From: Saprolegnia diclina VS20
Lineage: Eukaryota
Direction: 5' to 3'
Assembly: GCF_000281045.1 (NCBI RefSeq)
Contig: NW_008246109.1
Coordinates: 412,558 to 476,557 of the forward strand
DNA: 64,000 nucleotides
Under the pieces are notes generated by a model. It ran no database searches and had not been told where the DNA came from. It worked only from the letters and a program-made list of their open reading frames with translations. Positions 1-12,062 of this stretch are shown piece by piece (within the stretch, counting starts at the first letter, position 1; each line of letters opens with the position of its first letter). The position numbers and the translations under genes were made by a program.

Positions 1-127
1 GGGCGAGGTGCTGCATGGCTTGGATCTCGTTGAACGCCGCTGACGGGATCAGCGTCATCTTCTCCGTGTCGCCGCCAATGCGAATACGCTTGAGCCCACA
101 GATGCGCCCGCTCGCGCTGCCGTTCAT
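1..127 (-). CDS. Partial CDK-like protein kinase, N-lobe fragment, continuing off the window start
   Basis: Manual minus-strand translation gives SGRICGLKRIRIGGDTEKMTLIPSAAFNEIQAMQHLA. This resembles kinase subdomains II-III of CDKs (VALKKIRL...GIPSTALREI). It is not in the ORF track, and the upstream exon was not identified. Confidence 0.5.
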   Translation of the reverse strand, partial: MNGSASGRICGLKRIRIGGDTEKMTLIPSAAFNEIQAMQHLA

Positions 128-1101
128 ACCAACAGCAAGTACGGGTGGTGTTTGCGTCATGACCAAAGGCATGCACGATAACTGGCAATTCTTCGAGAAG
201 CAGCAGCACGACTTGCGCGCCGTATAGGATGACGATGACAATGGTGCATCCGATTTCCAGTGCAACTTGCAGTCATCTGGTCGCGCAAATTTCGGCAAGG
301 CCGACGCGCGACGTGCAGTGGTGTCTTTCAAGAAGTTTTTGCTTGCGTACTGATGCAAGCTGAAGCTGCCCACAAGTGCAAGGTTGTCTAACCGGACGGT
401 GCGTAGCAAGGCGTTTTGTCATGCGGCGTGGGCATTCGCCGTCGAACAAAGGGCATGCCAAGTGCTCGTGGCTAGCAGGTGAGAGCAAGCGGAAGCGCAC
501 ACACGACCAAGATTTGGTGTCCGTGAGAACCAAGCAGTGCGCTCGCACCTCTTCGATAGCGCTGGCCAAGGCGGGCGTCTCAGTCGTGGTTGCACGCGCC
601 CTCATTGATTTGCACAAGGATTTAAGAAGAGGTGGTGTATTCTCGTTGTCAAGTTAACACTTCATATACAGCCGTACAAAAAGGAGACATGATCAGCACC
701 CCATTATCTGAAAATAAATAAACTTGTGCGTGCATAATTCTATTCGTTCCATATAAATGCAAATATATTATTTGACAAATGAAAAATGTTTAGTGCGCGT
801 CACGGCCTGTAACGATGCGTCATTGGTTGCCGGCAGCCGGCCAAAATGTATTCCGGACCACCGGGGAGTCGAACGGCTAGCCGCGAGTCCGGCTGACCGC
901 GAACCAGGTGGGAAGCGGTTTCGGCGTATCGATACCGTGTAACTTCCTGTGTCGCCCGTCCGTGGACTACAAAAGATGAGTATAAAAGATACACCAACGG
1001 TGAGTCGAACGGCTCAACCGGTTAAATGCGATCTTTGTGCGAGCGATTTGCGCGCGAAGCGCAGTTTCCAATTTGCTTTCGTCCGTGAACGAGAAGCAGC
1101 G

Positions 1102-1374
1102 ATGAACGTCAACACGCCGCAAAAGAGCGCCAAGCAGCACGTCCGCAGCATCGATGAGACGTGGAATGCGATGTTCCGACGCATCTGCCCCAACGTCGAG
1201 CTTCCCGATCAGGTGGACGACCGATTGATGGTCGACTCACGCGGCGATGACATGGAGAACGCCCGACCAAAGGTCCAGAAGAAGACGGAGTACGTGAACT
1301 TTGTGAAGGTTGCGATGGACGACATCAAGAAGAAGCGCAGCGCGCAGGCCCAGCACGACGCTAACAGCGCCTAA
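1102..1374 (+). CDS. Small hypothetical protein (90 aa)
   Basis: ATG-initiated ORF MNVNTPQKS...NSA with GC3-biased codons, followed by an AT-rich 3' region. Confidence 0.5.
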   Translation: MNVNTPQKSAKQHVRSIDETWNAMFRRICPNVELPDQVDDRLMVDSRGDDMENARPKVQKKTEYVNFVKVAMDDIKKKRSAQAQHDANSA

Positions 1375-1415
1375 TCCCGGGGCTCGAGGCGAACGAACCA
1401 AATCAAGTTAATAAT

Positions 1416-2099
1416 TTATTTGGAATAATGCATTGAGGTTATTGTGAGACTTGCCTGTAGCAATGAGGTTGGCTTGGGAACAATCATTTCCAGGTGGCAT
1501 AACGCCCACAAGTTCGCATGCTTGGCCTGCGTCGACGCGTCAAACATAATGACTTCGTCGAGGGGAACGTGGAGGTTGACGTCGTGCGTGAGCTTGGCCT
1601 GCTGCTTGCGCTCAAACTCTTCTTGCCGCTCGAGCCGCTGCGCCGCTTGCGCTTCGAAGTCAAAGGTCGCACCGTTGCGGTACGTGCTGCGAATGTCAAC
1701 CGCGTCCTTGAGCTGCGCGATCTGCTTCTCCTTCTAGAACGCGCGGGCGTGGCTGCTCGCGCCCTTGTCGTTGTTGTCGCCGTCCTTCTCCGCCTTGGCC
1801 TGGAGCTGCTTGCGCAGGGCGTCGCACTTGTCGTCGATTTCGTCGTCATCAAAGCCCTGCTCTTCAAGCTGGTCGCGCAGCTCCATGACCTTGACCTCGA
1901 CCTGGCGCTTCCGCTCGTGCGCGAGGATCTGCTTGTTGACGGCCGTCTTCTTGTGGGGCTCTTCGTACTTGGCGTAGCCCATCATGGCCTGGCGCTCCTT
2001 CTCGCGCTGGTGCGCGGGCTTGACATAGCTGAGGTTGCGCTGCACGTAGCCACTCGTGCCCGACCCGCGGGTCGTCGCGAGCCCGATGCCGTTGTACAT
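1416..2099 (-). CDS. CWC21: Cwc21/SRRM2-N-terminal spliceosomal protein interrupted by an in-frame TAG at 1734-1736 (possible pseudogene or base error)
   Basis: Diagnostic N-terminus MYNGIGLATTRGSGTSGYVQRN and cwf21 domain HERKRQVEVKVMELRDQLEEQG. The same frame continues after the TAG as KEKQIAQLKDAVDIRSTYRNGATFDFE to a TAA at 1416-1418. Confidence 0.85.
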
Positions 2100-2345
2100 G
2101 GTCGCGGAAGAATCGAAGCTGTCCGATGCCACACAACCGGCTGAATCGCCTTATTTTTAAAGCTTCGCCAAGTTGCATACAAACAATAAGTTATTAAAAA
2201 CATACGATTTAAAACGTACGATATGCCGCAACAGGAAATCTAATTTCGGCATTCGAGTAGGAATTAGATGCACAATTACTAGCTAGTTGTTGCTGCCAAG
2301 ATATGTGCTCAAGCTGTCGTGTTCCGTGTCAATCTCGCAGCAGCA

Positions 2346-5300
2346 CTAGGTAGCCAGCCAGCGCCCGAGAGGCCGGTCGGCGCAGTCGTAGTAGTCGCGC
2401 GTCGTAAAGAGGCCGGCCCAGCCGCGGCCGCTGCGATCACTCTCAAACTGCGCGAGGAACCGCAGCGCCCAGCGCCCTTCGAGCCACTTGACGCACGCGA
2501 GCGAGAGCCCGAGGACCGAGTCGCCAAGATAGGCCGAGTAGTAGACGCCGCAGCAAAACGCGGTCGCAGCATTCCAGTAGCACGTGGCCGTCCAGAGCAC
2601 AAACTAGCCACACAGATCTGAGCCTTTTCGACGCTGTGGAGAACGTACGAGGCGCCCGACGGACGACCGCTTCCCAAAGACGAACGCAAGGCCCAGCAGC
2701 GGCGCGCCAAGCACCGCCAGCGGCATGACGCTGAGCACGAGCACGAGCGCCGCCTACTCTGCGCGTTGGACATGACACAGCGAAGAGGAGTCGCGTACGT
2801 GGGAGCAGCCGGCTTCGTGCAGCGTGGGGTCGCCGACCTGGATGCAGAAGAACTGCAGCGCGAGCCAAAACCACAGCAAGAAATCGGCCACTAGAAGCGC
2901 CAGGAACGAGAGGGGGCGGCCCCACGCGCAGCGCAGCAAATCGGGCGTCACCGCCACATGCGTCGGCGCAATCGAGTCCAGTGTCCGCCGCAGTTGCTGC
3001 CGCCACGTCGGCTGCGTCATTGCCGGCGCGTCATCGATGAGTCCCACCGCCTCTTCGAGCGCGACGGCCTTGGGCTCGGGCGCAAAGAGCGCTGCGTACC
3101 GGATCGACGACATGCTCGCGTCTGCAGCGGGCGGTGACGCGGGCGGCGTCGGCACCGCCAACACTGTCGGAGGACGCAGAACGAGCACGAGCTTGTCGCG
3201 GCGGCCCATGCCACTGTCCACGTCGCGAAGGGACTCGAGGTACGTGGCTGGCTTGCCACTTTGGCGCAGATCGAAGACGCCGAGCGCCACCTAATGCGAT
3301 GAGCTCGTGGTGCGACAGGCGACATACCGTGTNNNNNNNNNNNNNNNNNNNNNNNNNNNNNNNNNNNNNNNNNNNNNNNNNNNNNNNNNNNNNNNNNNNN
3401 NNNNNNNNNNNNNNNNNNNNNNNNNNNNNNNNNNNNNNNNNNNNNNNNNNNNNNNNNNNNNNNNNNNNNNNNNNNNNNNNNNNNNNNNNNNNNNNNNNNN
3501 NNNNNNNNNNNNNNNNNNNNNNNNNNNNNNNNNNNNNNNNNNNNNNNNNNNNNNNNNNNNNNNNNNNNNNNNNNNNNNNNNNNNNNNNNNNNNNNNNNNN
3601 NNNNNNNNNNNNNNNNNNNNNNNNNNNNNNNNNNNNNNNNNNNNNNNNNNNNNNNNNNNNNNNNNNNNNNNNNNNNNNNNNNNNNNNNNNNNNNNNNNNN
3701 NNNNNNNNNNNNNNNNNNNNNNNNNNNNNNNNNNNNNNNNNNNNNNNNNNNNNNNNNNNNNNNNNNNNNNNNNNNNNNNNNNNNNNNNNNNNNNNNNNNN
3801 NNNNNNNNNNNNNNNNNNNNNNNNNNNNNNNNNNNNNNNNNNNNNNNNNNNNNNNNNNNNNNNNNNNNNNNNNNNNNNNNNNNNNNNNNNNNNNNNNNNN
3901 NNNNNNNNNNNNNNNNNNNNNNNNNNNNNNNNNNNNNNNNNNNNNNNNNNNNNNNNNNNNNNNNNNNNNNNNNNNNNNNNNNNNNNNNNNNNNNNNNNNN
4001 NNNNNNNNNNNNNNNNNNCTGGGCTTGGTACTGCTTGAGCCGGCGCGAGGCGGGCGGGCCGCGGTACGAGAGCATGCCATAGCCCGCGAAAATGAGCCCA
4101 ATCGAGCCGAGGCAGAGCAGCACAAAGCCGAGGGGGCCGCCTATGGGCGCGACGAGCTGCTCGAACGGCGTGAGGCACTTGAGCCCGACGCGGCCCTTCT
4201 CGCACATGTAGTGACACGTCCCGTTCTGGTTGTAGCTGGCGTGGTACGGCTTGGAGTCGCACGGGACGCAAGCGAGGCTGCAAACTGCCGGAGTCGTGTG
4301 TCCGACGTCGCAGAGCTCGCAGTTGGCGCTCCCAGCCCTCGGCGCGGTGCTGCCGATCGGGCACAAGGTGCAGTGCACGGTCCCTTTCTCCGGACTCATG
4401 CTGCCGGGCGGACATGCCGCGCAGGCGGTGGCCGCGGCATCGGCGGCAAACTGGCCTTTGGCGCACGCAAAGCACGCGGTCGAGCCGATCGTGGGGTTGA
4501 AGGACCCGGGCGCGCAGTCCGTGCAGGCGGTCGAGCCCGGGTTCGGACTGAAGGTGCCCATTGCGCAGGGTTCACACGTCCCGTTGGCGACGGCACTCGC
4601 TTGGCCCGCGGCGCACGGCGCACAGAAGACACCGCCGCAGCCTGCGACGCAGTTGAGACCGGCCGTGATCCCGTCGTAGCCGGTTTGGCCAGCGCTGGAC
4701 CCGCCGCCGACGTTGACGGTTCCGAGGTACTTTTGCCCGCTGCCGTCGGGCGCGTAAGCAATTCGCACGACACCGCCGCCACCACCGCCGCCGTGCCGCT
4801 CGGGCGTTGACGATCCCGCGCCGCCACTGACGTCGAGGGACCCCTTGCCCTGCAGCTCCTTGAGAAAGAGGAGCAAGCTGCCACCGGCGCCGCCGCCGCC
4901 GCCTGCCGTTCCGTTGCCGCCGCGGACGCTGAGGCGGCTATCGAGCGCCAGCGTCGTGGCACGGAGCAGTACGAGGCCGCCGCCGAGGCCGCCGGTCGAC
5001 TCGCCGGCCGCACCGCTGCCAGGCCACGACGCGTCACAGGTGGCACCGCCACCGCGATCGCCAGGCTCGACGTTGCCGCCTCGCCCGCCGTGTCCGGCCC
5101 CTCCACTGGCACCGTCCAGCTCGGTCGAGACACCGGGGCCGTCTTCCTTGCAGCCGAGGCCGTCAGCGCTCACACCCGAGCCTCCAACGTGGACGTTTGG
5201 TGCGCAAAGAAGCACCGAGCTCGCATGGACATCGGCGACCACGAGTGACGTCGTGGCCACGAGCGCAAGTTGGTAGTCTCCGACGGAGCAGTCGTCCGAG

Positions 5301-7318
5301 ACGGGCCAGGACCGACAAACATCCCGACTTTCGTGGGGAAACACCGTGGACGAGCCGTTGGCACCGCCTGCAAACACAATCGTGGCAGCGTCGACGCGCA
5401 ACCGGCGCAGCGGCCCGTGGATCGTCAGCGCCGATTGGTTGGCTGCGCGCACCGCCACATCGACGGACGCCAGCGAGAGGGACGGCTGCCACGCCACATG
5501 CGCGTGGCGCTGGCTCTCGAGGACGATGCTCGGCGCTCGGCGCCACCGCTGCTTATGGTGCGACGGCGGCAGCTCAACCGCGCCGCGGACGTCGAGATCA
5601 GTCGCCGACGCCACAAACACACGGTCGTCGAAGCGCAAGGTGCAGTCGTCGTCGGCGGAGACGCTGCCGACATCGGCGCGCAGCTCCAATTGCGCGGCGT
5701 CAATGACGGCACCGCCGAGGACGAGGTCTCCAGCGGTGAGCACGACGCGACCTCGCTCGTACGCGCGCACGGGCAGCGGCCCCACGTAACCCTACCCGCA
5801 ATGTAAGCGGAAGAGGGATATAGCTACGTACATGGAGCGTTATGTTGGCGGCACTGCCGTGCAGCGTGCTGTTGTTGGCGGCGTTGGCCCAAGCGGCGCT
5901 CGCCTCGAGCTACGTGGTGTGAGAACGATGCGGTAGCAAGACTGCGCGTACGAGGATAGAGGTTTTCACGGTGCCACGCTAGACACTAGTTACGACGCAT
6001 TCGCTTCCTAGAGTCGAGTACCTCGAGGAGCACAGTGCTGGCAATCAAGAGACTCTGGCCAGCGACGAGGATGGACGTGAGCCACGGTGGCAGCATGTGC
6101 TCGCGGCGGCTCGTCCAGTAGAAGAGTGGCGTGCCCACGAGAAGCCGACTCGGAGGCTTTGGCGGCCCATCGCGCTCTTTGATGACGAGCTGGCCGTCGA
6201 CCGTCGTGTCGCGCTGCGTCACAAAGAGGATCGTGCCGGCGCTGCCTTCTTGGCACCATAAGTTGTCGTCCACGGGCGACGCGTGGCGCCCGCCAAACGC
6301 AGCGACGTCGATCGTCGGCGGCAGCGCGGTGGCCACTTGTAAGAAAATGCGGCCGCCGCCTCCGCCGCCACCACCGCCGCGCCCGCTGCTATCGGGCGCC
6401 GTGGCCTGGCCACCGACGGCGTGGATGGCTCCGGAGCCGCGCATGGCGGATGCTTGAACGACGACGGTGCCGCCTAGATAGCCATAACGCATGCAATCGC
6501 ATTTCAAAGAAGAAGACGCACCGGCGCCCGAGCTGGTGCTGGCGGTCGCGTCGAAGCCGCCGTCGGCCAAGAGGCGGCCGTCGAGCTGCAGTGTCGCCGA
6601 CACGTTGAGCGCAATGCGACCGCCGCCGCGCGTGCTGTCGGCCTCGCTGCCGCCGCTGCCGTAGCCGCGAAAGTCCATCACGTGCCCAAAGAGGTCGCCG
6701 ATCGGCTTGGTGTACGCGCCGTCGCGGTCAATGTCGTCGCACGACCCGGGGACCGCGAACGAAGCATGCGAAAGCGTGTAGCCGCCGAGGCCGCCGTACG
6801 CGCTGCCCATGGGCACGTAAGAGCTGTAGCCAGGTCCGAAGCGGAGGCCGTTGGCCGTCGTGTTGATGGCCGACGCTGCGTCCAGCGAGACGTTGGTGGC
6901 GTCGATAAAGACAGCCGACGCGAGAAGCGTTGCATTCTCGAGGCGAAGCGCGCCGGACGTCCGATTGAGCTGGATGCCTAGTTCAATGTGCACGGCGAAC
7001 GGTCCGTGGTCCTGCACGAAGAGGGCCGTAGCGTCGATGGTAGTGTTGGCGATGAGCAGGCTCTCGGACGCATTTGCAAATACGCACTCTTGGTACAGTT
7101 CGTTGTAGCGGCCGATCCATTGCCGGCTGGCGCACTAGCCAACACCATGCATGAGAGGCCATCGTGGCATGCATGGGGCGTACATGGAAGAGCGCGCGCA
7201 GAGCATCCGGGGACGTGCTGGGCCCGATGACGATCGTGGCTGCGGCCTGCTCGAACGCGGCCCACGCAGCGACGACGACGAGGAGGGCAAGACGACTCCA
7301 CCGGCTGCAGCGTCGCAT
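2346..7318 (-). CDS. Large multi-exon membrane protein: signal peptide, Gly-rich GGxxGG/GSGG repeats, GCC2/GCC3 (ephrin-receptor-like) Cys repeats and several C-terminal TM segments; interrupted by an N-gap
   Basis: Signal peptide MRRCSRWSRLALLVVVAAWAAFEQAAA. Motifs GGAGHGGRGG and GGGGGGG(R/V)I. Repeats of the form CxxCxxGxF/S...CxxC. TM segment IGGPLGFVLLCL. Stitched through GT-AG introns to a stop at 2346. The architecture resembles plant At5g11700-type proteins (from memory). Confidence 0.75.
3333..4018. other. Assembly gap (N run)
   Basis: Run of N. Confidence 1.
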
Positions 7319-7439
7319 GCGGAAGAAATCTTCTCGCGTTGTTTGGCGTGTACTTGGCACACGCCACAATTACCACGTCTTGCAAGCGTGGCATATGCCG
7401 ATCTTCCGAAGCGGCATGTGCCTCGATTTTAAAAGTGGC

Positions 7440-7777
7440 NNNNNNNNNNNNNNNNNNNNNNNNNNNNNNNNNNNNNNNNNNNNNNNNNNNNNNNNNNNNN
7501 NNNNNNNNNNNNNNNNNNNNNNNNNNNNNNNNNNNNNNNNNNNNNNNNNNNNNNNNNNNNNNNNNNNNNNNNNNNNNNNNNNNNNNNNNNNNNNNNNNNN
7601 NNNNNNNNNNNNNNNNNNNNNNNNNNNNNNNNNNNNNNNNNNNNNNNNNNNNNNNNNNNNNNNNNNNNNNNNNNNNNNNNNNNNNNNNNNNNNNNNNNNN
7701 NNNNNNNNNNNNNNNNNNNNNNNNNNNNNNNNNNNNNNNNNNNNNNNNNNNNNNNNNNNNNNNNNNNNNNNNNNNNN
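7440..7777. other. Assembly gap (N run)
   Basis: Run of N. Confidence 1.
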
Positions 7778-7913
7778 GCGTCCGTTGGTCCTGTCTGTAA
7801 CGCATCATAAAATGGTGCGTATTTTTGTAGACTTGGTGTTTGTATGGCGAGCGCGATTTCTTTTTATTCCTGGTCGTGGATTTCTTGAAAAATCCAGTAT
7901 CCACAGCTTTGCG

Positions 7914-9872
7914 ATGCCAGCCGCAGCGAGCCAGGTCGGGCTCATCCTCGTCGCGACGCTCGTCGTCTACTCGTCCGTCGTCCTCGCCCGCCAGCGCAAC
8001 TTTGCGCGCAAGCCCAGGAAGACGCTCTCGCGCCTCGACACCGACGCGCCGCTCCGGCCACAGCCCTACGCGACCCCCGCCCGCTCGGTCGACAACCACC
8101 TCGTACGACCATGGCCATGAATGGCGAGACTCATGCGCGTGCTAGCACAAAACCGCTGTGACGCTCATGCACGAGCTCGGCATCTCGATGGCCGGCCTCT
8201 CGCCGCTGCGCCGACGGCCGTCGATTGCATCGTCGAGTATCTTGACGTCCGAGGTATGCCCTCCGCCTTGCCGATCCCATGCCAGCAATGGTGCATAGGA
8301 GTACGACAAAAAGACGGACCTCATGCACGAAGGGCGCAACCAAGGTGGGAAGCTGGTCGTCGTCATGGTCGGCTTGCCTGGCCGCGGCAAGTCGTACATG
8401 GCCCGCAAGGTGCTACCTCCTGAACACGAAGTGTCAAGTCTCATGCAGAAAGCAGGTCGCTCGGTACCTCAACTGGATCAACTACGCGACGCGCGTCTTC
8501 AACATTGGCAACTACCGGCGCAAGCTCCTCGGCGCGGAGCACGGCGCCGACTTTTTCGACCCGCAAAACCCGTTGGGGCAGAAGCAGCGCATGGAGATGG
8601 CCGAGGCCGCGATGGACGACATGCTCAACTACCTCAACAACGAGGGCGAGGTCGCCATCTACGACGGAACCAACTCGACGCTCGAACGCCGGCTCTGGAT
8701 CGAGGTGCGCTTCCGATGCCATCGGAGGTTGACCTATCAAGTTGATAGAAACGGATCGCCGAGACCGACGGCTTCCACCTCCTCTTCATCGAGAGTGTCT
8801 GCGACGACGAAGCCATCATCGAGCGCAACATCATGTACAGTGGCATCTTTCGTAGTTAGTAGTTCATATCGACTATGCGTAGCGACACGAAGCTGCGGTC
8901 GCCCGACTACCGTGGCGTGACGCCCGAGATGGCGGTCGAGGATTTCCGGAAACGCATCGCCAACTACCGTAAAAACTACGAGGCGCTCGGCGCCGCCGAC
9001 GAGATTTTTTCCTATGTCAAGGTGATTGACGCCGGCACCAAGGTACGAGCGACTATTAGTTAGTATATCTCACACGTGTCGTCGCTAGCTCATCATGAAC
9101 CGCATTCACGGGTACCTCCCGATGAAGATCCTCTCGTTCATCAGCAACTTGCACATCGTGCCGCGACCCATTTACCTCTCGAGCCACGGTGAGAGCATGA
9201 ACGACCTCAGCGCGCGTCTCGGTGGCGAGGCCGAGCTCACGCCCCGCGGCGTCGAGTACAGCGTGTAAAGCTAGCCAACGCATCTCGTTCTCGATCTGAT
9301 AGAGCTCGTGACTAGGGCGCTCGCCAAGTTCTTATCCGAGAACCCGGAAACGGCGCCGAGTGCGCTGAGCCTCTGGTACTCGACGGCCAAGTGCGCGCGT
9401 GCGACAGTCCGCCACATTGAGAGCCACACGCGCGTGCAGTGGCGCGCCCTCCGGCCGCTCGAGGCCGGCGCCTACTCGCACTTGACCCGCTCCGAGCTCA
9501 AGCTCCACCACGCCCAGTAGGCCTCTGTGAAAATGACTACGAAATTACTCATGTAAACCTAGGGAGTACGCGATGCGCGCTGCCAACCGCCTCTGGTATC
9601 GGTACCCACTGGGCGAGAGCTACGTGGACGTCATCACGCGCCTCGAGCCCGTCATCTTTGAGCTCGAGCGCAGCCGGTCGCCGGTGCTCCTTGTCGCGCA
9701 CCCCGAGGTCATCCGGTGCCTCTACGGCTACTTCCTTGACCTGCCGCTGCTGGAAATCCCCAAGGTGCACGCGCCGCTCCACGAGCTCATCGAGTTGCAC
9801 ATGACGGCGTACGAGTGCGTCGAGACGCGCCATTGCCTCACGCCCATCAAAGCCCACGATCTCGAAGCCTAA
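7914..9872 (+). CDS. PFKFB: 6-phosphofructo-2-kinase/fructose-2,6-bisphosphatase family protein (multi-exon)
   Basis: P-loop VMVGLPGRGKS, FNIGNYRR, AIYDGTN and SPDY motifs, then a histidine-phosphatase-like domain (IYLSSHGES, YRYPLGESYVDVITRLEPVIFELER). About 8 short GT-AG introns. Confidence 0.92.
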
Positions 9873-9895
9873 GTCGTACCAGTCGTTTTCATGTA

Positions 9896-10306
9896 TTAAA
9901 AGACGATGCGGGTGCCAGCGTACGCCGTCTTGAGCGTCGGCGTCGCGCGGGGCGGGCCGACCGACCGCGCGGCCGCGGCGGCAGCGACGTTGGCTTGGAT
10001 CTCGGCGAGCTCGGCAAGGCGCCGGGCCTCAAAGCTGGGCTCGGCAAGCTCAACGCGCAGTCGCTTGCCCTTCCACTTGGTGTTGTTGTACGCTTGTTGG
10101 TATTGGGCGACGGCCGCGGCCTCGGCCTCGGGCGACGGACCCACGAGGTTGATGTAGCAAAAGTCGCGGATACCGCGGCCCTTCTCGCCGAGGAGGACCA
10201 TATCGATGGCCTCGATCGTCACGCCCGCGATCTTGCCGAAGCGCATGCGCAGGTCGGCCTCCGTCACGTCCGGTGGCAGACCGCCGACGTAGACCCGGGC
10301 GACCAT
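9896..10306 (-). CDS. Single-RRM protein (NOL8/Nop8-type RRM)
   Basis: RNP2 RVYVGGL, RNP1-like DFCYINL, and YNNTKWKGKRLRVELAEPSF...L, which is typical of NOL8-like RRMs. Confidence 0.75.
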   Translation of the reverse strand: MVARVYVGGLPPDVTEADLRMRFGKIAGVTIEAIDMVLLGEKGRGIRDFCYINLVGPSPEAEAAAVAQYQQAYNNTKWKGKRLRVELAEPSFEARRLAELAEIQANVAAAAAARSVGPPRATPTLKTAYAGTRIVF

Positions 10307-10682
10307 GTTGCGTGAATAAACCTGGTCGTGTATGATTGGTGCAAACCTTGATGCTGCTTCATTGGCTGGAAATATTTGAAATCCAGCGACTTTTGGCCAA
10401 TCCAACTTTGTGATACGGTAGAAGATCGGGGGATCCCGTGGTCCTGTCTGCAGCGCGTCTAAAGCCCACTCTTGAGGTGCAAGCCGCTTCAAGATGTAAA
10501 GACTCGGGCCAAGAAGGCCAGAGGAAATCGGGTGCTCCGAGAGGGTTGCGCCCAGGGGTGGTTGCGAAGAAACGAGAAGGCCGCACCCAACCAGATCATC
10601 CCACTTGAAGTAGCTTGCAGCATGATACAGATGAACTGGCGTATAAATTAGAGCTATAAGAAATGGGGTTGGGGTTGTACGC

Positions 10683-11684
10683 CTACGCTTGCATCCACGG
10701 GTGCGAGAGGACGCTGGTAGCGCTTGGGCGTTGGCATGCGTCGACCTGGAGCAGTTGCCGGATGAGGTCCTTGGCGTCGTTCGAGACATCGGTCCAGGCT
10801 TCATGGTTGAAGTCATACTGACCGGCAATGATGCACTCGCGCAAGTCGCGGTCCGACGCCTCGTTGGTCGGGTCGAACGGGTGGAACCCGGCGAGGAGCA
10901 CGTAGAGCACGACGCCAAGCGCCCACATATCGATGGCGCTGCTGATCGTCTCCTTCTTGAGCACCTCAGGCGCAGCGTACGCCATGGTGCCCGAGCCGTC
11001 CCAGCGGTGGTTGGATGTCCGGTCGTTGACGTGGAACGAGAGACCAAAGTCGATGAGGATCATGCGCGCCGAGTCGTTCTTGGACTGCAGCAAGATGTTC
11101 TCGGGCTTGACGTCGGCGTGGACGACGTTTTGCGCGTGCAAATGCTGCAGCGCGGACGAAATCTCGCGCATGAGCGCCTTGGCCTGCGCTTCCGAGTACG
11201 TGCCGTGGCTCAAGAGGCGGTCAAAGAGCTCGCCGCCCTGGATGTACTCGGTCACGAGCACGTAGTCTTCCGGCGTCTCAAAGGCCTCTTTGAGCTGCAC
11301 GACGGCGTCATTGCCTTGCACTTGCGTCAGAATCGACACCTCTTGCTCGAAGCGTGCTTTCGACGTCAGCGCCTTGGAGAGCTTCTTGATCGCGACTGGC
11401 GTGTCCGATAGCTTCTCGCGGCCAGCGCAGACGCGCGCAAAGCCGCCCGAGCCAATGATGCCGCCGACGTGGTACTTGGTGCTGAGCGGGTCCGGCTTGA
11501 GAAGCATGGCGGCTTCCGCCTGCGCGAGCGGCTTGGGCTCGGCGAGCGACGACAGCAGCGCGAGGCCAAAGACGCTGCCGCCAAAGAGGGTCGGGCCGAC
11601 GCCGGCTTGCGTGTGCTGGCGCCGGCGGTGGCCCGCGGTCGGCTTAACCAAGGCGGCGCGGAGCGTGCTGGCGCGGCCGAGCAT
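10683..11684 (-). CDS. CAMK-group Ser/Thr protein kinase with a putative mitochondrial-type N-terminal extension
   Basis: IGSGGFARV, VAIK, GGELFDRL, HADVKPEN, DFG, APE, DMWALGV and HPW motifs. Intronless. Confidence 0.92.
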   Translation of the reverse strand: MLGRASTLRAALVKPTAGHRRRQHTQAGVGPTLFGGSVFGLALLSSLAEPKPLAQAEAAMLLKPDPLSTKYHVGGIIGSGGFARVCAGREKLSDTPVAIKKLSKALTSKARFEQEVSILTQVQGNDAVVQLKEAFETPEDYVLVTEYIQGGELFDRLLSHGTYSEAQAKALMREISSALQHLHAQNVVHADVKPENILLQSKNDSARMILIDFGLSFHVNDRTSNHRWDGSGTMAYAAPEVLKKETISSAIDMWALGVVLYVLLAGFHPFDPTNEASDRDLRECIIAGQYDFNHEAWTDVSNDAKDLIRQLLQVDACQRPSATSVLSHPWMQA

Positions 11685-12062
11685 CGTGGTGATATGCGTC
11701 GAAGTAATGAAGTTGGACAATGTCGGCCCACGGGCGTGCCCGCTCCATTAAATGCCAGAATCAATTCAGCTATACAATTTAGCTGGGTGCCCGCATAATT
11801 TTATTCTTGTGGGCGGAGAAGCTGGCCGGGGTGCATCTGGGTTTGTCACACGCGACGTGCAGCCAATCAGATCGCACGGGCCTGGCCCCTGCATCCGTAA
11901 TGAGCCAATCCCAGCGCGCTATCTCGGTTAGCTGGCCAATCCACAACGCCTGTCATCGGCCAGCGTGACCCGCCGGTGTCATGCGCAGCTCCGTGCCATC
12001 TCCGTGTCCCTTGCCAAGATTCGCGACAGGTCTCTGCGCTGGGACCAAAGAAGGATATCAGC

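Noticed and set aside
15..997. ORF-track entries 15..227, 273..617, 376..657, 757..942 and 800..997
   Set aside because: They have no motifs and weak codon bias. The kinase-like reading is on the minus strand at 1-127.
1734..1736. Genetic-code reassignment of TAG
   Set aside because: TAG terminates several well-supported genes here (for example 38982, 45328 and 53061), and no other internal TAGs were seen.
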